From an uncultured bacterium (lineage in GTDB: Bacteria; Fidelibacterota; Marinisomatia; Marinisomatales; UBA1611), in assembly GCA_943788175.1 (NCBI GenBank), contig CALSPG010000007.1, forward strand, positions 320,001 to 384,000: a DNA stretch of 64,000 nt, written 5' to 3'. Shown here in pieces: positions 31,765 to 41,438 of this stretch (positions are counted from its first letter, which is position 1; every line of letters starts with the position of its first letter). Position numbers and translations under genes: made by a program. The notes beneath the pieces are model-generated. The model was not told the DNA's origin and made no database searches. It saw only the letters and a program-made list of their open reading frames with translations.

Positions 31765-33666
31765 ATGAAAAGAATACTCCCGTTAATTCTATTTATTATT
31801 TTTGCCAGCTCTATTTATTCTAGGTCTTCCAAATTGCACCTTGTTTTTACAAATAACATCCATGGCGCTATTCATGAGCTTCCAGCGCGATTTATTAATC
31901 CTGAGTTTTCTCCTCTTCTAGCTGGAGGAGCTGGTGCCTATACCTATGTAACTAATCTAAGAAAAGAAGCTAGTGAAGCTGGTGATTTTGTCATTCTTAC
32001 AGACGCCGGTAGTTTATTTCAAGGAACTCAGTTGGGAACAGATGATGGTGGAACAAAAATAATGAAATGGATGAATTGGATGGCGTATGATGCATTTGTT
32101 CCTGGAGTAAGAGATTTTGACCAAGGTGTTGAGAATTTAGAAAGATTGAAAAAAGAATCGAATTTTCCATTTCTTGCTTCCAACCTCAAAGGAGTAAGTG
32201 GGATAGATAATTATAAAGTTATTGATGCCAATGGAATAAAAATAGGACTCATAGGTTTAATCACTCCATTTTTATTTGACGGATTAGTGCCTGAAAATTA
32301 TGAAGGTGTAGAAGTCCTTGATTTACTAGAAACTTTAAATACTCAAATCGAAACTATTCGCAACGATGTTGATCTTATCTTTGTTTTATCTCATTTAGGT
32401 CTTCCATATAATCGAGAAGATGAGTACGAAAGTTTTATAAAAAAGGCATCTCAAGAAAAGTTAAAAATTAAAAATGCAATTGAGTTAGCTCATTTCACAA
32501 ACGATGTAGACGTTATTATAACAGGTGGCGTGAGTAAAGGATATGATACGCCTTGGGTTGATCCGAATACTCATACTATTGTAGTTCAAAACTATGGAAA
32601 TCTTACAGGTATAGGTCATCTCATATTGAATGTTGACAAAGAAAAAAAAATAATAAAAGATTATACTTTTCCAACTGAGCGTGGAATGATGGTCAATTTA
32701 TTTACTGATGATATATGGCCTGATTTGGCAGTCCAAGATTCGATAAATGGTTGGGTAGATTCTATTTCTTCTCTTCATAATAGAGATTATACGAAGCAAA
32801 TTTCAGAAATTGAAGAAACTGACTGTTCTTCTGATAATACTATTTCAAATTTCAATGAATTTGACGTCTCGTCTGTTGGAGATGATAAGCTATTAGATAT
32901 TATGACATGGAACATGGAAAGATTTCCATTGAAAGGTGACACTACGATGAAAGCTGTTGCCGAAATAATACAAGATTTAAATGTTGATATTATCGGGGTG
33001 CAAGAGGTTATAAAGATTGGAGCTTTTTCTGAAATGATGTCTTGGTTGCCTAATTATGATTTTGTGATAAGTAAGCAATCATCATTTTTAGAACAGGCGA
33101 TTATTTATAAAAAAAATATGTTTACGGTTTTAGCTCAAGATGAGCCGTTTGCCATGGACGATTATTATTTTGCTGGTCGCCCACCTTTGGTAGTCGATTT
33201 TCTTTATCATTGTGGAGATGTAAAAAAGGAAATTTGTATTGTTAATATGCATTTAAAATGTTGTGGAGACGGTCTTTACAGAAGACAACAGTCTATGAAG
33301 CAATTACATGGATTTTTAAAAGAAAAATCTAAAAATGGTAAAGATAATATCATAGTAGTTGGAGATTGGAATGATCAATTGCAAGATACCGGTATTTATC
33401 AATCATTTAGTCCATTTATAAATGACCAAGAAAATTTTCTTTTTGTTACGAGTAGAATAGTTAATGATCCTAATCAGCAATCATATCCTAGTTGGCCTAG
33501 TTTTTTAGATCATATTATGATAGGTCGTGGATACTTTGATGTTTTTGAAAAAGAAGGAATAGTGCGATCAGTCAATTTAGATGAATGGATCGGTGGCTGG
33601 GAAGAGTATGAAAGTATTATATCAGATCACAGGCCAATACTGCTTTCAATACCTATAGGGGAATGA
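31765..33666 (+). CDS. Secreted fusion: degenerate 5'-nucleotidase metallophosphatase domain plus EEP (DNase I-like) domain
   Basis: TNNIHG, DAGSLFQGT, FPFLASN, SHLG; then MTWNME, GVQEV, RPP, HLKCC, GDWND, LDHI, SDHRP. Confidence 0.88.
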   Translation: MKRILPLILFIIFASSIYSRSSKLHLVFTNNIHGAIHELPARFINPEFSPLLAGGAGAYTYVTNLRKEASEAGDFVILTDAGSLFQGTQLGTDDGGTKIMKWMNWMAYDAFVPGVRDFDQGVENLERLKKESNFPFLASNLKGVSGIDNYKVIDANGIKIGLIGLITPFLFDGLVPENYEGVEVLDLLETLNTQIETIRNDVDLIFVLSHLGLPYNREDEYESFIKKASQEKLKIKNAIELAHFTNDVDVIITGGVSKGYDTPWVDPNTHTIVVQNYGNLTGIGHLILNVDKEKKIIKDYTFPTERGMMVNLFTDDIWPDLAVQDSINGWVDSISSLHNRDYTKQISEIEETDCSSDNTISNFNEFDVSSVGDDKLLDIMTWNMERFPLKGDTTMKAVAEIIQDLNVDIIGVQEVIKIGAFSEMMSWLPNYDFVISKQSSFLEQAIIYKKNMFTVLAQDEPFAMDDYYFAGRPPLVVDFLYHCGDVKKEICIVNMHLKCCGDGLYRRQQSMKQLHGFLKEKSKNGKDNIIVVGDWNDQLQDTGIYQSFSPFINDQENFLFVTSRIVNDPNQQSYPSWPSFLDHIMIGRGYFDVFEKEGIVRSVNLDEWIGGWEEYESIISDHRPILLSIPIGE

Positions 33667-34547
33667 AACTAGTTTATCCATTAGTTCTTGCCTCTATTTT
33701 TTTTTCTTGCGCCAGCCCCACTGAACAAGAAAATATTAATGGTGGTAGTTCAGTAGAGTTATTACCTAACCTTAATTTAGAAGATGGTATTGAAGTTGTG
33801 ACCTGGAACATTGAATTTTTTCCAAAATTGGGCCAAAGAACAATAGATTCTGTAAAAAAAATTATAAAAACTTTAAATGCAGATATTTACTGTTTGCAAG
33901 AAATATCAAGTCGATACTCATTTGAAGAACTTGCAGAATCACTAACTGAATATGATTTTGTAATTTCAGAAGACACAGATTATTTAAATTTAGTTGTATT
34001 ATACAAAAAAAATGATTTTGTAGTAAGAAGCCAATCTAGCTTATTTACCAATAGCGTTTATGAGTTTGCTTATCGGCCGCCGTTAAGATTAGAAATGACA
34101 TATCTGGGGCAAAATGCATTTGATTTCACTCTTATTAATATGCATCTAAAATGCTGTAATAATGGTTATGATAGAAGAAAAGCTTCCGTGGACATACTGC
34201 ATGATTATTTGAATAGTTCTGTTCAGTCTGGTATCGTTAATCATATTGTGGTTGGAGATTGGAATGATGATATATCCGATAGCTATAATCAAAATTCTTT
34301 TAATATCTTTTTAGAAGATAATGATAACTATAGGTATGTCACTTATGATAATGCTCATTCAAATACAAATATTTATGACTCCTTTCCGAGTTACCCGAGT
34401 TTTATAGATCATATAATGATATCTGCAGATTTATTTGAAAAAGAGGGCTCGGGTGATGTACAAACTATCAGACTTGGTGATTATATTTCTGGATATGATG
34501 AAATAATTTCAGATCATCGACCAGTAGTTTGGAGATTTATACCATGA
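33663..34547 (+). CDS. EEP-family nuclease/phosphatase lipoprotein
   Basis: Lipobox FFSC; VTWNIE, LQEI, RPP, HLKCC, GDWND, IDHI, SDHRPV. Confidence 0.9.
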   Translation: MKLVYPLVLASIFFSCASPTEQENINGGSSVELLPNLNLEDGIEVVTWNIEFFPKLGQRTIDSVKKIIKTLNADIYCLQEISSRYSFEELAESLTEYDFVISEDTDYLNLVVLYKKNDFVVRSQSSLFTNSVYEFAYRPPLRLEMTYLGQNAFDFTLINMHLKCCNNGYDRRKASVDILHDYLNSSVQSGIVNHIVVGDWNDDISDSYNQNSFNIFLEDNDNYRYVTYDNAHSNTNIYDSFPSYPSFIDHIMISADLFEKEGSGDVQTIRLGDYISGYDEIISDHRPVVWRFIP

Positions 34548-35518
34548 AAAATTCTCTGATATTTTGTTTTTTAGTGACTTTACAATTTAGTCTAGCTGAT
34601 GAAATATCATATCTACGCTATTATGCAAATGAAAAAAATTTTATTGCTAACGTACCAATGAAAGCAACAAATAGGAGGGGGTATGATCATCTTACAGCAT
34701 ATTTCAATGATCGAAATTTGCCTGTGAAGCTTGAATATTATATTTCCAATGGCAGTTTGAAAAAACGAGAAGTAATGGAATATAATAGCGATAAAGTTTT
34801 GATACAAAAAGGAGAGGTAAATAGTAAAGGTGAGTTTTTAAAATTAGTTGTATATAGCAATAATGAACCCTGGAGTATTGAATTTCAAAAATCTAATTAT
34901 ATTGATAAAGAAGAAATTGATTTTGTAGATCAACGTTCTACTTTTATCATTCCAAGGGGGAAGCAAGTTACCCAAATAATATTTGAGACGATTGATGGCA
35001 TGAAGTATGGAAAAATTGAACTGGATTATGATTACTTAGGCTACCTTTCTGAGGAAAGGTGGAGGGCTATTCCCTCAGGTGAAATAATCAGAAGATTTAA
35101 TTATAAATTTGATTTGATGTCTAATGTCACTCAAATTTGGGAGTTTGGTAAAAATAGTGAACTGATTTCTGAAGTTGCATTGGACATGGTTCCAGCGGAC
35201 CAATTATATCGAACACCTCCTCCAAGAACAGGAAACGTGTTAGATGAATATGATATTATTAGAAAAGAAATTAAAGAGAAGAGAATTATTTCACCAAACA
35301 ACTCTTTTATTCCCAGTACGAAATTTGATCAACTAGTATTGAAATCTGGACAGTCCTTTGAAGTAGACTTTATTGGTACAAATACCAATGGGATTCAATT
35401 TAAATTATTAGATAATAATGGTCTTTTAACTATTCCATTTGATAATGTACGTTCTTTGACCTCGCGCATGGGGGATGTAATTTATCCAGAGGCAATCGAG
35501 TTTAGGAAAAGCTATTGA
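34544..35518 (+). CDS. Exported hypothetical protein
   Basis: Signal peptide MKNSLIFCFLVTLQFSLA; beta-hairpin (YD/MORN-like) character. Confidence 0.7.
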   Translation: MKNSLIFCFLVTLQFSLADEISYLRYYANEKNFIANVPMKATNRRGYDHLTAYFNDRNLPVKLEYYISNGSLKKREVMEYNSDKVLIQKGEVNSKGEFLKLVVYSNNEPWSIEFQKSNYIDKEEIDFVDQRSTFIIPRGKQVTQIIFETIDGMKYGKIELDYDYLGYLSEERWRAIPSGEIIRRFNYKFDLMSNVTQIWEFGKNSELISEVALDMVPADQLYRTPPPRTGNVLDEYDIIRKEIKEKRIISPNNSFIPSTKFDQLVLKSGQSFEVDFIGTNTNGIQFKLLDNNGLLTIPFDNVRSLTSRMGDVIYPEAIEFRKSY

Positions 35519-36294
35519 AAAGAAATTTTATAACCTTATTTTTATTTTTTAATGTATCGTTTAGTCAAACATATCCTACCGGTCAAAACTATCCGCCACC
35601 AACAGATTTAATTACTGTCCCAACAGCTGCAACACTAATGCGAGGTAGTTTTTCTTTAGGAATGCGCATTCAAGATGAGGGTGGAATGATTCTAGGCTTG
35701 AGAGCTGGAATTACAGATAGGTTTCAATTTGGTTTATCATATGGTTCATCAAACTTAATAGGTGATGATAGTCTACGTTGGTACCCAAGGCCAGAGGCTA
35801 ATTTAAAATATATGCTTATGGATGAATCTATCACAACGCCTGGTATTGCTATGGGCTTAAATACACAGGGCTTCGGCAATTTTAATTTAGGTGACTCGCT
35901 TAACCGATATGATATGAAAGCCTATGGTTTTTATCTAAGTGCAAGTAAAAATTGGAAAACAGGATTAGGCAATTTAGGAATGCACGGTGGAGTCAGTTAC
36001 AATTTTACTGAAACAGATGATGGCGATGAAGACCCAAATTTATTCTTTGGAATGGACATAGAAATCAATCCTGAATTTTCACTTTTAATGGAGTATAATG
36101 CAGCGCTTAATGAAAATGATATGACAACTGAAACATTGGCAATTAGTAGAGGTGGATATCTGAATGCTGCGATTCGTTGGACATTTGTCGAACATCTGCA
36201 CTTAGAATTAAACTTTAATAATTTATTATTTGATGAAGATAAAGTGGATTACTTCAAGCGAGAAATTAAAATTATTTACATCGAATATTTTTAG
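35515..36294 (+). CDS. Outer-membrane barrel, YjbH-domain-like
   Basis: LITVPTAATL N-terminal motif; amphipathic strands; C-terminal IEYF. Confidence 0.65.
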   Translation: MKRNFITLFLFFNVSFSQTYPTGQNYPPPTDLITVPTAATLMRGSFSLGMRIQDEGGMILGLRAGITDRFQFGLSYGSSNLIGDDSLRWYPRPEANLKYMLMDESITTPGIAMGLNTQGFGNFNLGDSLNRYDMKAYGFYLSASKNWKTGLGNLGMHGGVSYNFTETDDGDEDPNLFFGMDIEINPEFSLLMEYNAALNENDMTTETLAISRGGYLNAAIRWTFVEHLHLELNFNNLLFDEDKVDYFKREIKIIYIEYF

Positions 36295-36299
36295 TCTGG

Positions 36300-37067
36300 A
36301 TGACAGAGAAAACCCTCCTTATTTCATTATTACTCGCCTTTAGTTTTGGCCAATCAGATTTTCAAAAAGGCGTCACTCATTATAATAAAAGGCATGAAGG
36401 CTGTATCGAAGATAGAGCCAATCCCATGCAAATTGAGAGGGCAATTACTTATTTCGAAAATGTTTTGAGTAATGAAACAAATAAAAAAGAAGCCGCACTT
36501 TATTTACTAAAATCATATTACTTTAAAGGAAAATTCGCCGAAGAAGACAGGGATCTTAAAAAAAAGATTTTAAAAAAAGGCAAAGATTTTGGCCTAGGTT
36601 TAATCGAAGAATTTCCAAATTCAGTTGAATGCCGATACTGGTATCTCGTAAACCTTGGGAGCTGGGCAGAGGAATATGGAATCTTTGCAGCTGCGAAAGA
36701 GGGAGTAGCTGACCAGATGAAATATCACTCCGGGAAAATAATTTCACTTAACCCAGAATATGAAAATGGGGCAGGCTATTTTTTGCTGGGTGCCGTTCAT
36801 TACAAGGCTCCATATATTCCGTTTATATTATCTTGGCCAAATAATAAAGAAGCTATTAAATACTTACGATTAGCCTATGATACTGGTGATGTTGAAATTG
36901 CTCAAATGGTATATTTATCTCAGGCTCTGCACAAAGGTAAAAGAAAAGATGAGGCTATTTTCCTTATTGAAAAAGCTATGAATGTAGAGCCATCAAAAGA
37001 TAATTATGCATCAGATTGGGAATGGGTAAAAAAAGCTAAAAATATATTTCATAAATATAAAAAGTAA
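36300..37067 (+). CDS. Exported TPR-like protein (TatT-like)
   Basis: Signal peptide; YWYLVNLG, NPEYENGAGYFLLGAVHYKAP helical repeats. Confidence 0.65.
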   Translation: MTEKTLLISLLLAFSFGQSDFQKGVTHYNKRHEGCIEDRANPMQIERAITYFENVLSNETNKKEAALYLLKSYYFKGKFAEEDRDLKKKILKKGKDFGLGLIEEFPNSVECRYWYLVNLGSWAEEYGIFAAAKEGVADQMKYHSGKIISLNPEYENGAGYFLLGAVHYKAPYIPFILSWPNNKEAIKYLRLAYDTGDVEIAQMVYLSQALHKGKRKDEAIFLIEKAMNVEPSKDNYASDWEWVKKAKNIFHKYKK

Positions 37068-37082
37068 ATTTTTGTAAATGAT

Positions 37083-37625
37083 ATGTCAAATTTAAAAGAG
37101 ACAAAAATAAACTCTAAAGTTGTTTATGAAGGTGACTTTTTAGATGTTAGGAAAGACAATGTTCTTCTTCCTAATGGAGAAAAAGGAAATCGTGAATGGA
37201 TAAATCATCCTGGTGCTTCTGTCATAATACCTGTATTTCCTGATGGAAAAATTGCATTAATTAGGCAATTTAGATATGCGGTCGGTTCTGAGTTCATTGA
37301 GCTGCCGGCGGGTAAATTAGACCTAGGAGAAAATCCTTTAGAATGCGCAAAAAGAGAGCTTGAAGAAGAAATTGGTTATAAATCAAATAATATAGAATTC
37401 ATTGCAAATATTCATCCTGCAATTGGATTCGCAAATGAAAAAATGAACTTATTTTTGGCTACAGACTTAGTTCAAACAAAACAGAATAAAGACGCAGATG
37501 AATTCATTGATTTAATTCCAGTTAATCTAGAAAAAGCATTAGAACTAGTTTGGTCCAATAAAATTACTGATGTAAAAACAATTATTGGAATATTATGGTA
37601 TCAAAAAATTTATAATAATGATTAA
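37083..37625 (+). CDS. nudF: NUDIX hydrolase, ADP-ribose pyrophosphatase (NudF-like)
   Basis: RQFRY...ELPAGKLDLGENPLECAKRELEEEIGY Nudix box; ITDVKT. Confidence 0.88.
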   Translation: MSNLKETKINSKVVYEGDFLDVRKDNVLLPNGEKGNREWINHPGASVIIPVFPDGKIALIRQFRYAVGSEFIELPAGKLDLGENPLECAKRELEEEIGYKSNNIEFIANIHPAIGFANEKMNLFLATDLVQTKQNKDADEFIDLIPVNLEKALELVWSNKITDVKTIIGILWYQKIYNND

Positions 37626-37653
37626 TAATGATTAATAAAAACAGATAAATAAA

Positions 37654-38325
37654 ATGATAAAATTTCTATTAATTATTTTTTTCTTTACCATATTAAATGC
37701 TCAATCAAATATTGAGACCGTTGTGGTTGGAGATAGGGGTTATAATTTTGGTGGAATTTTTAATATTTATGATAATGGAATTGATTTAGAGGCATTTGCT
37801 AATACAGAAAATAAATATGGCGTTTATGCAAATATATGGCTTGGTCAGATAGACTATTATACTAATACAAGGTTGATTTCAAATAACTCTTTTGGCATGA
37901 GCAACACTTTATTAAAGAACGTATCATTCGATTTTGGAATTGGCCAAAATATTACTTTTGAAAATCAAATGAAAAAATCTATAGAAATTTATATTGGTTT
38001 AGATATTAAAGATTTTTCCTTATACGCTTTTTTTGAAGATGAAAGTTTAGAATATGAGGCTTGGCTTAAACCAAACTTTGGTATTTTAAATGAAAAAAAT
38101 TTTAATTTTTTATTATATAGCTCTTTTGATCAGAATGGATATGAAGCAAGTATTGATGTGTCTAGTCAATTAAATCAAAAATTAATTACAGGACTAATTT
38201 TTGGATATGAGGTCTTTAAAGAGACTGTGAATTATCAAAAAGGCGTTGACTTAAAAACATACAGCATAACGAATAACTACAATAGAGTATTCCTTTCTAT
38301 ATATTTAGGGCTTTTATATAGTTAA
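37654..38325 (+). CDS. Exported hypothetical protein, possible small beta-barrel
   Basis: Signal peptide ending LNA-Q; aromatic-rich amphipathic strands. Confidence 0.6.
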   Translation: MIKFLLIIFFFTILNAQSNIETVVVGDRGYNFGGIFNIYDNGIDLEAFANTENKYGVYANIWLGQIDYYTNTRLISNNSFGMSNTLLKNVSFDFGIGQNITFENQMKKSIEIYIGLDIKDFSLYAFFEDESLEYEAWLKPNFGILNEKNFNFLLYSSFDQNGYEASIDVSSQLNQKLITGLIFGYEVFKETVNYQKGVDLKTYSITNNYNRVFLSIYLGLLYS

Positions 38326-38332
38326 TTTTTAA

Positions 38333-39262
38333 ATGACAATAAATTCAGAAGATGTAAAAAGAAAAGCATTCGAGCTCGGGTTCCATAAGGTTGGTATTGC
38401 TAGGGCTGCTGAAACAAAAGCTGAAAATAAAAAGCTTAAGCAATGGCTTGATGAAAAAAAGCATGCTGAAATGGCTTGGGTTGAAAAAAGAAAAACAGAA
38501 AGAGGAAATATTTTTAATTATTTTTCTGAAGCTAGAACTGTGATCTCTTTAGGGATGAATTATTATGTTGGTAAAGATCAATCAGATTTAAAAAGTAATT
38601 ATAAATTCAGTAATTATGCATGGGGGGATGATTATCATTCTGTTATAAAATCAAAAATCTTTTCCTTACTTGAGTTTATAAAGCAAAGTATGCCAACTGC
38701 TAAGGGTTTAGTTTGCGTAGACACTGCACCAATTATGGAAAAAGTTTGGGCTCAAAGAGCAGGGTTGGGCTGGCAAGGTAAACACACTAATTTAATAAGT
38801 ACTGATTTCGGGAGTTGGCTCTTTTTAGGTGAGTTAGTGATTGATTTTGATTTAGATTTTGATAAACCATTTACAAAAGACCTTTGTGGTAGTTGTACGG
38901 CTTGTATAGATGCTTGTCCGACTCAGGCATTAGGCGAATATGTTTTAGATGCAAACAAATGTATAAGCTATTTAACGATTGAGCATCGAGGTGAATTTTC
39001 GGAAGAACAGAGCAATCTAGATGGTTGGATATATGGATGTGATATTTGTCAAGAGGTTTGTCCTTGGAATATTTCATTTTCAAAAATAAGCGAAGAGAAA
39101 TATTTTGAACCAAGAAGTGATATTGTTAACAACACTAATCAAAAATGGGAAAATATGAATCAATCAGACTTTACTACTACATTTAAAAATTCGGCAGCGA
39201 AGCGAACAAAATTAAATGGATTAAAAAGAAACATTAGTAATGTAAAAGAAGCTGATAAATGA
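38333..39262 (+). CDS. queG: Epoxyqueuosine reductase
   Basis: YAWGDDYH, VDTAPIMEK, CGSCTACIDACPT, CISYLTIE, GCDICQEVCPWN. Confidence 0.95.
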   Translation: MTINSEDVKRKAFELGFHKVGIARAAETKAENKKLKQWLDEKKHAEMAWVEKRKTERGNIFNYFSEARTVISLGMNYYVGKDQSDLKSNYKFSNYAWGDDYHSVIKSKIFSLLEFIKQSMPTAKGLVCVDTAPIMEKVWAQRAGLGWQGKHTNLISTDFGSWLFLGELVIDFDLDFDKPFTKDLCGSCTACIDACPTQALGEYVLDANKCISYLTIEHRGEFSEEQSNLDGWIYGCDICQEVCPWNISFSKISEEKYFEPRSDIVNNTNQKWENMNQSDFTTTFKNSAAKRTKLNGLKRNISNVKEADK

Positions 39263-39263
39263 A

Positions 39264-40142
39264 CTAATGTTTTTTTACTATCGATATATCGACTGATCCA
39301 ATACCAACTGAAATTTCAATATTCATTGATGACCAACGTTTCTGATAGTCTTTACTTTCATATCTTCCTTCTCCTATCGATACTAAATCTTTCACATTAA
39401 CAGAACTAAGCATATTTTGATTTATTGATAGATTGATATTTGTATTTGAGGGAAGTCTTAGCTCTAGAGACCCAACGCTGACTTCAATTTTTACAATAGC
39501 ATCGTTGTTCACTGATCCAGACATATCTATTTCTGCAGATCCCATTCCCACGTCAAAAGTATATTTAGAAGAATTAAAATTCCCTAGTCCGAAGCTATTA
39601 AAGTCAGAGATACCAGTAGAAATATGAATATTGTCACAACTAATAATATTGGGTTTCTTAGATACAAGAGTAACATCGCTTAACCCACAATCCATAATTA
39701 AATTAGAAATACGTATACCCGAAAAATCAATATCAACTTTACCTAATCCAAAGTTAAAATTCATATCAGTTTCAATTTTTGTTGGTAAATGAAAATTAAT
39801 CTTATAATTATCATTTCCTTTATTAATCAAATTGCTTAGTGTGCTTGCGGAAGCACTAGAACTATTTGGTTTTACCTTTAGATCTAATCTTGCAATATTA
39901 TTTTTATCTGAAAACTTTAACTGTGGCTCTGGCATTTCAGCGTTATAAAATATATCACCGTTAACGACATATCGATTATTGCTTGGCCTAATTTTTAAAT
40001 TTCCAATACTGCAATCAAAATAGACTCGAATAGCATCATATTTTTCTAATTTATATTGATATTCTAAAGACTTTATATTTTTTGAATCGCCATATATAAA
40101 TAGGGATATAAGAAAAAAGGTTATTAGAAATCGAAGATTCAA
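39264..40142 (-). CDS. Exported toast-rack/DUF2154-like beta-repeat protein
   Basis: Repeated xGxGxxxID motifs (FGLGKVDID, VGMGSAEID, VGIGSVDI). Confidence 0.65.
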   Translation of the reverse strand: MNLRFLITFFLISLFIYGDSKNIKSLEYQYKLEKYDAIRVYFDCSIGNLKIRPSNNRYVVNGDIFYNAEMPEPQLKFSDKNNIARLDLKVKPNSSSASASTLSNLINKGNDNYKINFHLPTKIETDMNFNFGLGKVDIDFSGIRISNLIMDCGLSDVTLVSKKPNIISCDNIHISTGISDFNSFGLGNFNSSKYTFDVGMGSAEIDMSGSVNNDAIVKIEVSVGSLELRLPSNTNINLSINQNMLSSVNVKDLVSIGEGRYESKDYQKRWSSMNIEISVGIGSVDISIVKKH

Positions 40143-40154
40143 TTAAGTCTAATA

Positions 40155-41390
40155 TCAATCAGTATATATTGATATAGGTCCATAATTAGATGATAGGTTG
40201 CAATTTATTGTACCTTCTTTTATTTTACCTAGTGCCACTACCTTGGCGGCTAAAAACTCCTCTTCAAGTGGTATCTCTGAATTGATAGCACTTCTTGTTT
40301 CTAGATTATGGCATTGGGAGTTTATGTTATATGGTAAACCTGAAGGTAAGCGAATTGAAATTGAACCACGCTTTGTAATTAAATCAATTGAATGGTCAGT
40401 TAAAAATGAGTTGTATCCTTTATTAATTAGAATATCTCCAAATTCAGAGTTAACATTTACTCTACCAAAAAGATTTGCGCCATTTATATTTCCAAAATTT
40501 GTGTTACAATTAACATTGCCTATAATATTATTTAAATTAATTTGGCCCTTTCCTGTAAAAATTGTCATAGAACCATGTAGGTCATTGACGTCAATATTTC
40601 CAATATCAATTTTGGCGGTAAGGTCTGATTTACAATTGGTGATTTTAAGGCTACCTACATTTATATTAATTTCGCAAAGATCACCTTCAAAGTTTGAAAT
40701 TAGAGTTTCTCCTAATGTAGTACTAGATATGAGCTTTCCCCGAGCGCCATTAATGATAATATTACCATTCTCAATATTTGTTATTGTGTTTGAACTACAA
40801 TCAAATAGCTCTATGTCTCCACTAATTACATTTAATTGAACAGAACCAGATAGTTTCTTTGCGATAATATTACCGTCCTTAGTGTTAAAATTAATATTAC
40901 CTGATAAGTTGGCTAATTTTGAATCGGTACTCTCTGATTTTATAGCCAATGTACCTCTTAGTTTACTTATTGATAAGTCACTATTTTTTATTTCACCTCT
41001 TATATTTGAATTAATTGGAAGGTGTAAATCGATTTTTGAAATGATTTTATGATCATACTTATCTGATACTTTTTTTATACGGATTATTTTCTCATTTTCA
41101 TCATGATAAACATTTATTTGACTATTTCGAAGTATAGAAATAGCATTTTTATTGCTAAGGGCATGGACCTTATTATCAATGATTAAATGTGTTCCTGACC
41201 CAGCATGGCCAATAATATTTATAACACCATTTATTTTTTCTAAAATAAATGTGTAAGCACCATTATCTAATACTTCATCAAAGCTATACTCGACTGCAGA
41301 CCTATAAAGATTTTTTTCTTCTTCTTGAACAAAAATACCTTGAGAGAACGAATAAGAAAGGAGTAGCCATAAGCTTAGTGTGAATTTCAT
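40155..41390 (-). CDS. DUF4097-family beta-strand repeat protein
   Basis: Repeats of G.i...t..G.I; ends LSSNYGPISI. Confidence 0.75.
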   Translation of the reverse strand: MKFTLSLWLLLSYSFSQGIFVQEEEKNLYRSAVEYSFDEVLDNGAYTFILEKINGVINIIGHAGSGTHLIIDNKVHALSNKNAISILRNSQINVYHDENEKIIRIKKVSDKYDHKIISKIDLHLPINSNIRGEIKNSDLSISKLRGTLAIKSESTDSKLANLSGNINFNTKDGNIIAKKLSGSVQLNVISGDIELFDCSSNTITNIENGNIIINGARGKLISSTTLGETLISNFEGDLCEININVGSLKITNCKSDLTAKIDIGNIDVNDLHGSMTIFTGKGQINLNNIIGNVNCNTNFGNINGANLFGRVNVNSEFGDILINKGYNSFLTDHSIDLITKRGSISIRLPSGLPYNINSQCHNLETRSAINSEIPLEEEFLAAKVVALGKIKEGTINCNLSSNYGPISIYTD

Positions 41391-41438
41391 ATATTAAATA
41401 ATGTCTATACTCCTGATAAAAGTTTAATTAAAAAAACC

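Noticed and set aside
37614-37638. Short duplication TAATGATTAA at the nudF stop
   Set aside because: Two copies of an AT-only-rich 10-mer; no evidence of function
40198-40839. 213-aa plus-strand ORF
   Set aside because: Antisense shadow of the DUF4097 repeat gene, with no motifs; the other short antisense or nested ORFs in the track were rejected likewise
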